In this document: piece after piece, positions 26,839 to 33,794 of the stretch
How the letters are laid out: the number at the start of each line of letters is the position of its first letter
How positions within the stretch are numbered: the first letter of the stretch is position 1
Assembly: GCA_947625405.1 (NCBI GenBank)
Contig: CANQOF010000011.1
Location: 6,926-70,925, forward strand
Direction: 5' to 3'
Length of the DNA: 64,000 nt
Source of the DNA: an uncultured Atopobiaceae bacterium
GTDB lineage: Bacteria; Actinomycetota; Coriobacteriia; Coriobacteriales; Atopobiaceae
Program-made: the position numbers and the translations under genes
The notes under the pieces: model-generated
The model's database searches: none
Seen by the model: only the letters and a program-made list of their open reading frames with translations
What the model was told of the DNA's origin: nothing

Positions 26839-27708
26839 ATGGACTACGATCCCAAGGTCCTCTTCCAGGAAGTGCTCGACGACCTTGAAGCAAACAAGCC
26901 CCTCGAAGAACGCCAATTTCGCCTTATCTACGACTACACCTGCGATCTCATGCGCAACAAGCGCTCGATGGAGCCTTATGTGCAGAACGTGTGCCAACGC
27001 GTGATAAGCGCCTACGACCTCCATGAAGACGAGATCCGCGCCAAGTCCAACAGCTTCGACTGGGCCGCGGTGTGGGCCGCCTTCTCCATGCTTGAGCAGT
27101 ATCGCCGCGATCTCAGGCAAGACGCGAGGGATGTGGAGCGAATCGCCGTCGTGCGGAACTACCTCGATCTCTTCGAGGCGATCGATGCCAATCCCTGGTG
27201 CAACCAGCGGGCACTCGCCGAGATACTCGGCAAGTCCGCGGGCGATATCTCGCAAAAGCTCGAGAAGATTCGTCGGGTTGACGATCTCATACATGAGATT
27301 TCCTCGGGCAGGGAGAAGTTCTACAGCCTCTCTGAGACAGGCGCGAGGATCCTCAGCGAGCAGCGCCACAAGGCGGAGGCAGGCGTCAGCCTCCCTCTCA
27401 GGCTGGGCGGCGTCCGCTCCCCGCTCAGCGTGAGGTATCACATTGACGTCGGCCTCCATGAGGCCAAGATTACGCGATACGACAAGACCGGCAAGGCGAA
27501 ACCCCACATCGTTATGGTCCACCCTGCGCTTTCTAGCCCAGTTCGTAGCGAATCCGCGCAGGGTCCAAAGGTACAGGCAACAACTGATGCGATGAAAGTG
27601 GGCGCGGGACTTGATTCAACAAGCATGGTGCGCATCCAACCCGTCGAAGACACGCCGGCAAGAGATATGCGTGAAGCCGCTCATTTCTTGAAGGGACAAA
27701 AGCGATGA
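26839..27708 (+). CDS. winged helix-turn-helix (MarR/ArsR-like) domain protein
   Basis: The central segment NQRALAEILGKSAGDISQKLEKIRRVDDLIHEISSGREKFYSLSETG has an HTH-plus-wing pattern. GAGGTGA lies 5 nt upstream of the ATG. The stop overlaps the next start (ATGA). Confidence 0.6.
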   Translation: MDYDPKVLFQEVLDDLEANKPLEERQFRLIYDYTCDLMRNKRSMEPYVQNVCQRVISAYDLHEDEIRAKSNSFDWAAVWAAFSMLEQYRRDLRQDARDVERIAVVRNYLDLFEAIDANPWCNQRALAEILGKSAGDISQKLEKIRRVDDLIHEISSGREKFYSLSETGARILSEQRHKAEAGVSLPLRLGGVRSPLSVRYHIDVGLHEAKITRYDKTGKAKPHIVMVHPALSSPVRSESAQGPKVQATTDAMKVGAGLDSTSMVRIQPVEDTPARDMREAAHFLKGQKR

Positions 27709-28283
27709 GCTATGCGGATACGTTGCCAAGCGAAGCTAAGGTGAAGGATTGGCTTTCGCAGATCCAGAGTGCGAGCAAAGAGGAACGCGCCGGCGAGATC
27801 CTTCGCCACGTCGTGGAACACCACCATTGCCAACTTACGAATACCTCTCCTGATGAGGATTTGGAAAGGCTCGAAGCCTTGCAGGATTCGGGGATCGTAC
27901 GCTGCGTTCTTTCCACCATTCAGCGCCTTGAGCTGCTGAACCCCGAGGCTCAGGTGTTCTACGTGAGCCTTGCTGATTGCCTGCTGAGCGATTCTCTTTT
28001 CCCGAGCGAGGAAGACAAGACTGCGGCACTCGTCCTCATGGTGAGCTATCCATCGTTGCCCTACCACCGCTACGAGCCTGTGACGCTCAATAACGTTGAG
28101 CTCGTAGAGCGAAGAGCGGAGCTCGAAGATACGCTCGATGAGCTTTGGAGGCTCTCGCAGCGACAATTCGGACGACAGATCGATTTCTGTGCCGCGTATC
28201 TCAGCGTTGTCGCGCGTTTCGATGATCTAGCCGATCGCGCAATCCTCATGTCGGAGATCGTAGAGCGTAGCTACGAGAGCTAG
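27705..28283 (+). CDS. hypothetical protein (predicted helical, acidic), translationally coupled to the wHTH gene
   Basis: ATGA start/stop overlap at 27705-27708. The 192-aa sequence is protein-like and I recognise no motif. Confidence 0.55.
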   Translation: MSYADTLPSEAKVKDWLSQIQSASKEERAGEILRHVVEHHHCQLTNTSPDEDLERLEALQDSGIVRCVLSTIQRLELLNPEAQVFYVSLADCLLSDSLFPSEEDKTAALVLMVSYPSLPYHRYEPVTLNNVELVERRAELEDTLDELWRLSQRQFGRQIDFCAAYLSVVARFDDLADRAILMSEIVERSYES

Positions 28284-28691
28284 CGAGTAGCGCATTGCGC
28301 TTGATGCGATTCCGCATGAACGCTGCCCGCCAGTACTTTTGGCTTCGGGTTCCTTTGCTCGCTCAATGCCCGGCAGCGTCTTGCCGCTGAGTGGCTTTGC
28401 TCGCCCACCCCTTCTGGCGTCGAGCGGCCTTAATCGCCCGAATTGCGAGATTTAGGGCCCTCTGTGGCATTTCATGCGCGAACGAAGGGCCTCGACGGCC
28501 TCATATCGAAATCACTTGTGCGACTTTGGAGCTTCCACGGTCAAAAAGGCGAAGGAGAGCTTTCGGCGAGACCTGGCTCAATTCCGTCGAGTTCATCGAT
28601 CATCCTCGACGGAGTTGACGGGTCCTCTGTCGAGCGTACGGCGTGTGCCACTCGCGTGAAAGTTGCGCGGCATCGATTGGGCGCCCTCGGA

Positions 28692-28828
28692 GCGCGCTAT
28701 ACTGAGCGCGGAAAACGGCGAGGCCCGCGTGGGGTTAAGTAGGAGCGGGCGGCGCAGTTTGCTTAAGGAGACGGAGATCCTACCTCCGTCTCCTCTTCCG
28801 TGCCCTGCGTCTCCGCACGGAACGTTTC
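28692..28828 (+). repeat. 137-bp direct repeat, right copy (DR-R)
   Basis: See DR-L. It contains TATACT at 28698-28703 and the hairpin at 28767-28793, and overlaps the 3' end of the small ORF 28780-28908. Confidence 0.85.
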
Positions 28829-28908
28829 GTCCTCCTTTCCAACCAGTCGTAGATACTGATCAGACCAGCGACGATCGTGACGATCGCCGTCAAGAGTTCA
28901 ACGATCAT
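28780..28908 (-). CDS. small membrane peptide (42 aa) with an Arg-rich tail
   Basis: MIVELLTAIVTIVAGLISIYDWLERRTKRSVRRRRARKRRRR has one TM helix and a polybasic tail. ATG at 28908 with a G-rich stretch upstream. The stop codon lies in the loop of the DR-R hairpin. It is only the 3' tail of the 270-aa track ORF. Confidence 0.4.
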   Translation of the reverse strand: MIVELLTAIVTIVAGLISIYDWLERRTKRSVRRRRARKRRRR

Positions 28909-29038
28909 GGGCTCGCCCCCTCTCTCATCGAGAGTGCGCCACCCGCGTGCGGACCTCGCCTCGGGAGCATTCTGGGGCTGAGAGCCCGAGGAAAACCTTG
29001 CAAGGATCCAACACCCGAGGTCAGTTACAAAATCACCA

Positions 29039-29070
29039 CAAGGCGAAAGGGACGGTTCCTTGTGTCTTGC
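29039..29070. repeat. GCAAGAC...GGGACGGTYCC...GTCTTGC hairpin element, copy 2
   Basis: CAAGGCGAAAGGGACGGTTCCTTGTGTCTTGC, in the divergent intergenic region. Confidence 0.6.
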
Positions 29071-29136
29071 TTTCGTATGATTGGGGCGTGAGATGGCGGG
29101 AGCGATTGGGGCTCCTTGGGCAGAGAGTGGTGGTCT

Positions 29137-30831
29137 ATGTATTGCGGCAAGTGCGGCACCGAGATCCAGCCTGGCGCGAAGTTCTGTCCGAAATGCGGCG
29201 CGCCCGTCGCCGAGGCGAACGAGGCCGCGCAGCCGCAGGCGGCCGCCTCGCAGCCGGCGAACGGGACCGAGCCATCGCCGGCATCCGCGCCCGCACCAGC
29301 TCCCGCGCCCGCACCAGCTCCCGCGCCCGCGCCCGCGCCCAAGTCCCGCGTGCCGCTCTTTGCCGGCATCGCCATCGCGGCCGCGGTGGTGGTCGCGACG
29401 GGCGTCTGGGTGTGGTTCGCCTTCCTCGCCCCCATCCCCATCGACGAAGCCACCTTCCCCGACGCGGCCGTGCGAAGCGTCGTCGCGAGCCAGCTCGACA
29501 CCGACGGCAACGGCGAGCTCTCCCGCGAGGAGGCCGGAAACGCCACGAGCTTCTCCGTGGACGGCGCGGCGAACCTCGAGGGCCTGCGGCACTTCCCCAA
29601 CCTCGCGAGCATCTCCGTGGCCGGCACGTCGCTTTCCGCCGTGGACCTCGCCCCCTTCGCAAACCTCGAATCCTTCACGACCGAATCCACGCTCCCCACG
29701 CTCGACGTCTCACGCAATCCGCGCCTCACGAAGCTCTTCATCGCGGACGACACGGAGGTCACGGGCCTCGAGGCCACGAACCTCGAGGAAACGTGGCTTC
29801 CCATGGGCTTCACGCGCGGCTTTGGCCAGGAGGGCGAGACGATGGAGACGCAGGAGGGTGATTCCGTCGTGCGCGACGCGGCCGGCACACCGACCGTCTA
29901 CAAGGAGGTGTGGTACTCGCGCGGCACGGGCGAGAAATCCACGGCCACCACGACCTACGACTTCGACGACGCGGGCAGGATCGTGTCCGCCACCACGGAG
30001 AGCTTCTACTCGAGCACCGACGACGGCTCCGCGTACACCAGCGAGTACCGCTACGACGACGCCGGGCGCCTCGCCACGGCCACGAACCACTACGACTACG
30101 GCACCTACACCACGAACTACACCTACGACGCGGACGGGAGACTCTCCGCCTGCTCGCAGGGCTATCCGGATTCCACGACGGATCCCACCGGGACGAAGAT
30201 CAACTACGACGACGCCGGGCGCGCGATCTCCGTCGTGAACGAGACGCCGGGCGCGGCGAACCAGGTGCTCGAGAACTATGGCTACGACGACGCAGGGCGG
30301 CTCTCGAGCGTCTCGAACATCCGCCCGAAGTCCTACAACTACACCGACTACGCGCTCACCTACGACGAGGAGGGGCGCGTGGCGAAGGTGGAGATGACGC
30401 CGGGCGCCCCGCTCGGCTCGAGCAGCGTCACCCCCACGGGGAGCTACCGCGTGTCCATCGAATACGCCTACGACGAGAACGGGCGCTTCTCGAGCGCGAG
30501 CTCCGTCGCCGACTACGGCAGCGGCACGCCGAGCGAGGCCGAGGCAAGCTTCGAGTACGACGGGCACGGCAACCTCGTGAAGGTGGACGTGCGCCACAAG
30601 TCGCAGGACAGCTCCTACCCGGACTCGCACACCGTCTTTGAAGCCAGCTACGCGCGCTTCTTCACCGAGAAAGGCGCCGAGCCGCCCACGCGGGTGCTTT
30701 ACTTCGAGCCCTCGTGCTCCGATTCGATCTTCGGGGAGTTCACGCTGAGCCCCACGACGCCCGCGATCCCGGACCTCGGCGCGCCCTACATGGCGTTCGT
30801 CTACAACGCACTCGGCACCGACTACTACTAG
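29137..30831 (+). CDS. zinc-ribbon / TM / leucine-rich-repeat / YD(RHS)-repeat protein
   Basis: MYCGKCGTEIQPGAKFCPKCG is a zinc ribbon. It is followed by an (AP)n linker, a TM segment, LRR-like segments (NLEGLRHFPNLASISV...), then at least 7 YD repeats (YDDAGRL, YDADGRL, YDEEGRV, YDENGRF, YDGHGNL). Confidence 0.8.
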   Translation: MYCGKCGTEIQPGAKFCPKCGAPVAEANEAAQPQAAASQPANGTEPSPASAPAPAPAPAPAPAPAPAPKSRVPLFAGIAIAAAVVVATGVWVWFAFLAPIPIDEATFPDAAVRSVVASQLDTDGNGELSREEAGNATSFSVDGAANLEGLRHFPNLASISVAGTSLSAVDLAPFANLESFTTESTLPTLDVSRNPRLTKLFIADDTEVTGLEATNLEETWLPMGFTRGFGQEGETMETQEGDSVVRDAAGTPTVYKEVWYSRGTGEKSTATTTYDFDDAGRIVSATTESFYSSTDDGSAYTSEYRYDDAGRLATATNHYDYGTYTTNYTYDADGRLSACSQGYPDSTTDPTGTKINYDDAGRAISVVNETPGAANQVLENYGYDDAGRLSSVSNIRPKSYNYTDYALTYDEEGRVAKVEMTPGAPLGSSSVTPTGSYRVSIEYAYDENGRFSSASSVADYGSGTPSEAEASFEYDGHGNLVKVDVRHKSQDSSYPDSHTVFEASYARFFTEKGAEPPTRVLYFEPSCSDSIFGEFTLSPTTPAIPDLGAPYMAFVYNALGTDYY

Positions 30832-30838
30832 GAGCCCG

Positions 30839-30870
30839 GCAAGACACTAGGGACGATTGTTTCGTCTTGC
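30839..30870. repeat. GCAAGAC...GGGACG...GTCTTGC hairpin element, copy 4
   Basis: GCAAGACACTAGGGACGATTGTTTCGTCTTGC, located 8 nt after the YD-protein stop. Confidence 0.55.
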
Positions 30871-30900
30871 GAGCGTCGTGCGCTTTGAGCGTCGTTTCGT

Positions 30901-31311
30901 GTGGCGATTTACGAAACTTCGATGGATCTCGCGCGGAGAGCCCATAGAGTGTTCCTGAGATCGAACACGAGGTTGAGGGAGCGCACCGTGGCACGACGAC
31001 CGGCGAAGCGCGAGGGCACGAGGGCCCGCGCCAAGAGCGCAGACGCGAGCGGACTCCCCCAGTTCTCGGCTTCCTTCGTGGCGGAAGTGGGAGCGTGCGA
31101 CTCGGTGGAGGCCTTCCGCGAGCTCCTCGACCGGAAGGGCATCTGGCTCAACCGCAACGCCGCGCAAGGCGTCTTCAGCTACCTCCAGTCGCTCGCGAAC
31201 CCCGCGGTCTCCGACGAAGAGCTCGCCGGGGTCGTGGGCGGAGTAGCCTCGCCCCTGCAAGACCAGGGCTTCATCGACACCCTCCGCATCCTCTCCGACC
31301 AGCTGGGGTAG
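30901..31311 (+). CDS. small protein with a double-glycine leader-like motif (start uncertain)
   Basis: The frame has strong G/C third-position bias from about 30980 onward. Candidate starts are GTG 30988 (GAGGGAG 6 nt upstream) or GTG 31105. The C-terminal part reads ...AVSDEELAGVVGG followed by 22 aa. Confidence 0.5.
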   Translation: MAIYETSMDLARRAHRVFLRSNTRLRERTVARRPAKREGTRARAKSADASGLPQFSASFVAEVGACDSVEAFRELLDRKGIWLNRNAAQGVFSYLQSLANPAVSDEELAGVVGGVASPLQDQGFIDTLRILSDQLG

Positions 31312-31334
31312 GGCGCGCGCCGCGGGGCGGGGCG

Positions 31335-32558
31335 CTACACGTGGAGGATCTGCCAGGTGGTGGGGTCGTCGAAGTGCTCGTTCGGCACCCACCACGCCTT
31401 GCGATTTTCGAGGTCGAACACCACGGAGTGCACCGTCACCACGCCGGGCTCGAGGTCGCCATGCGTGGCGTTGTAGAGCCGCTGGCCCACGGACGCGAGC
31501 ACCTCGAGCGCCTTGCCCTCGTCCTCCACGACGCCGTTCGAGGCGGCGAGCTCCCCCTGCATGGTGCGGTAGCGCTCGATGCCGAGCATCTCGCTCTGCT
31601 CCGCGTAGTAGCGCGGCTCGCAGAGGATGAAGTTGGTGATGAGCTGGAAGCGCTCCTCGCGCTCCTCTTGATCGAGCACGTAGACGGGATCGCCGAGGTA
31701 GATGACCCTGAGGGGGCGGTTGGCGTCCGTTTTGTCCGCCTCGAGCGAGGGGCCGGCCCACTCCAAGATCGCGCTTTTGCCGGAGGCGTCCGCGATCATG
31801 TAGTGGAACGAGTTGTGCGCCGAATCGTGCAGGTCGTAGCGTCCGGCGAGCTCGATGGCCTCGTCCACCGTGCTCGCGTAGTCGAGCATGAGGCGCAGCA
31901 TCGTCGTGGACGTGAGGCTCGGCTTGCCGGTGCTCTGCTCGGTGGGCACGGAGTACATCTCGTGGTTCTCGTCCACGCCGCCGCCCTGGAGGCTCATGTA
32001 GATGCCGCACGCGAGGCCCGCGTCGTTGATGCCGTCGAGCGGGGCGTAGGGCGCGGCGAGGATGTTCACGCGATCCATCAACCCCTGCACGCCTTTCTCG
32101 GGGTCCACGCCGAGGAACTGAAGGTCGACGGTGGAGACGGAGGCGTGGCGGCCGCCGCCGGGGTTCGTGCGGACGAGGCAGGTGTTCGTGCGCTTGAAGT
32201 CGTAGTTGCGGCCGAAGAGCGGGCGACCGTCCTCCGCGCGCGCCATGAACGACGAGCACGTGATGTCGGATTCCTTGATCGTCGTGGGGATGATGCCCTT
32301 GCCGATCTTGCTCGTGATGAAGGAGATGAGCTCGGCGTCGGTGGCCGCTCCGCCCTTCTCGAGAAACTCGTCGAAGTAGTAGCCGCCCGCGACCTCCATC
32401 CGCCACACCTCGCCGTCGTCGTGCGCGGGGTTCGCGGGCGAGATGCGCTTGAGGGCGAGGAGGGACTTCAATTCGTTTCCGAAGGACCGCCAGATGGCGG
32501 CGGCGCTCGCGGCGAGGGTGCCGAGGGCGAAGAGCTTGAGGAACGGATGCTTGGCCAT
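31335..32558 (-). CDS. linear amide C-N hydrolase, choloylglycine hydrolase/Ntn family, secreted or membrane-anchored
   Basis: N-terminal hydrophobic anchor. DITCSSFMA is a candidate Cys nucleophile context. GRNYDF and NDAGLA are present. GGAGG lies 6 nt upstream of the ATG at 32558. Confidence 0.75.
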   Translation of the reverse strand: MAKHPFLKLFALGTLAASAAAIWRSFGNELKSLLALKRISPANPAHDDGEVWRMEVAGGYYFDEFLEKGGAATDAELISFITSKIGKGIIPTTIKESDITCSSFMARAEDGRPLFGRNYDFKRTNTCLVRTNPGGGRHASVSTVDLQFLGVDPEKGVQGLMDRVNILAAPYAPLDGINDAGLACGIYMSLQGGGVDENHEMYSVPTEQSTGKPSLTSTTMLRLMLDYASTVDEAIELAGRYDLHDSAHNSFHYMIADASGKSAILEWAGPSLEADKTDANRPLRVIYLGDPVYVLDQEEREERFQLITNFILCEPRYYAEQSEMLGIERYRTMQGELAASNGVVEDEGKALEVLASVGQRLYNATHGDLEPGVVTVHSVVFDLENRKAWWVPNEHFDDPTTWQILHV

Positions 32559-32846
32559 GAGTGCCTCCGAACGTGCGACGGTTGCGCGCAGCCGCCTCGT
32601 GCGCGCGGCCGCGTGGCCTATTGTGCCGCAGAGCGCACTCGCGCAAAGCGGGCACAAGACACGCAGGATTCGGGTAGAATGAGTGCAACCGCAGAACCCG
32701 CTACTCTGCTTTAGTCGCTACGCGGGCGACGCTTGTGAGGCCGGGCTGCACCCCGGCCTCGCGCGTGTTTGGCGCGGTTGCTTCGTCGCCACCACCACCC
32801 ACTCACAAGTAGACTGAAACGCGGGGTCTTTGCGAAGGAGGGCGTC

Positions 32847-33338
32847 GTGGAACGGGCGATGAGAAGGACGCGCCAGCAGCTGAGCGAGCGCGAGGCACGC
32901 GAGGTGCTCGCGCGCAACACCCACGGCGTGCTCGCGCTCGTGGACGAGGACGGCGAGCCCTACGCCGTGCCGCTCTCCTACGCGTGCGTTGAGCGCGACG
33001 ACGGCACCCTCGCGCTGTTCTTCCATTGCGCTCGCGAGGGCCACAAGCTGCGCTGCATCGCCCACGAGCCGCGCGCGTCGTTTTGCGTGGTGGATGCTGA
33101 CGAGATCGTGCCTGAGCGATTCACCACGCACTTCCGCAGCGTCATCTGCTTCGGGCGCGCCCGCGTGCTCGGCATGGAGGAGACGGAGGGCAAGGAGGAG
33201 GCGCTCCTCGCCCTCGCGCGAAAATACTCCCCCGGCCTCGACGCCGCCGAGGAGATCGCGAGCGGCCTTCCCCGCGTGGCCATCATCGAGTTCGCCGTCG
33301 AGCGCCTCACCGGCAAGCAGGCGAAGGAGCTCATCTGA
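32847..33338 (+). CDS. pyridoxamine 5'-phosphate oxidase family (flavin-binding split-barrel, NimA-like) protein
   Basis: GVLALVDEDGEPYAVPLSY...FHCAREGHK fits the pattern. GTG at 32847 has AAGGAGG 5 nt upstream. An alternative ATG lies at 32859. Confidence 0.8.
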   Translation: MERAMRRTRQQLSEREAREVLARNTHGVLALVDEDGEPYAVPLSYACVERDDGTLALFFHCAREGHKLRCIAHEPRASFCVVDADEIVPERFTTHFRSVICFGRARVLGMEETEGKEEALLALARKYSPGLDAAEEIASGLPRVAIIEFAVERLTGKQAKELI

Positions 33339-33402
33339 GGGTGGCAAGGCCTCTACCTCTCCGCCGGCCACCCGCTCCCGTAGCGCTTCATCGCGGGTCT
33401 CA

Positions 33403-33637
33403 GGTGCCCTTACGGTGTACTTCGTGGCACGGGAGCGCTTGCGGTGTGCGCGAATACGCCACCTCTGCGCTTGCGGTGTGCGAAAAGGGCCGAAATCGAG
33501 CGAATCCGCTCCTTTTCACTACACCGCAAGGGCATCCGTGCCACGAAATACACCGCAAGGGCATCCGTGGCACCACCGCGTACACCGCAAGGGCGTCCGT
33601 GGCACGAGATACACCGCAAAGCTACCCGCAGCACGGG
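33403..33637. repeat. iteron-like array: 3 inverted plus 4 direct copies of a roughly 29-32-bp unit with core CACCGCAAG
   Basis: CTTRCGGTG occurs at 33409, 33438 and 33470. CACCGCAAG or CACCGCAAA occurs at 33522, 33551, 33583 and 33612. The extended unit is TACACCGCAAGGGCATCCGTGSCAC. Confidence 0.85.
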
Positions 33638-33697
33638 CGGCGACGCGTGAGACGAAAGCAGGCCGGAGCCGCGTGGCCTCCGACCTGCGAGAACTCA

Positions 33698-33773
33698 TGG
33701 AGCCAGCTATCAGACTTGAACTGATGACCCCCGCTTTACGAGAGCGGTGCTCTACCGACTGAGCTAAGCTGGC
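33698..33773 (-). tRNA. tRNA-Thr (anticodon CGT)
   Basis: The reverse complement GCCAGCTTAGCTCAGTCGGTAGAGCACCGCTCTCGTAAAGCGGGGGTCATCAGTTCAAGTCTGATAGCTGGCTCCA folds as a cloverleaf. It has 7-bp acceptor, D, anticodon and T stems. The anticodon loop is CTCGTAA and the 3' CCA is encoded. Confidence 0.92.
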
Positions 33774-33794
33774 ATGCTTCGAGCGAGGCTTAGC

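Noticed and set aside
26788-27522. 244-aa minus-strand ORF inside the island
   Set aside because: It is antisense to the wHTH gene. Its composition (L/V/G/A/H/R-rich with few K/N/Q/Y) looks like a shadow frame, whereas the + strand frame has an SD and a recognisable HTH segment.
28284-28691. Degraded integrase or other pseudogene at the right end of the island
   Set aside because: Only very short open frames are present (for example MIDELDGIEPGLAESSPSPF on the minus strand) and none has a recognisable motif. This cannot be supported without a database search.
29270-29345. GCNCCN microsatellite as a noncoding repeat
   Set aside because: It lies in frame within the YD-repeat protein, encodes an (Ala-Pro)n linker between the zinc ribbon and the TM segment, and is coding low-complexity sequence.
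28909-29592. Upstream 228 codons of the 270-aa minus-strand ORF 28780-29592
   Set aside because: This part is antisense to the zinc-ribbon/YD-protein gene and is Arg/Gly-rich. Only the last 42 codons (28780-28908), which lie in intergenic DNA, look like a possible real small gene.
33403-33637. Possible CRISPR array
   Set aside because: The units abut one another with about 29-32-bp periodicity and no unique spacers. Half the copies are inverted, and there are no cas genes in the window.
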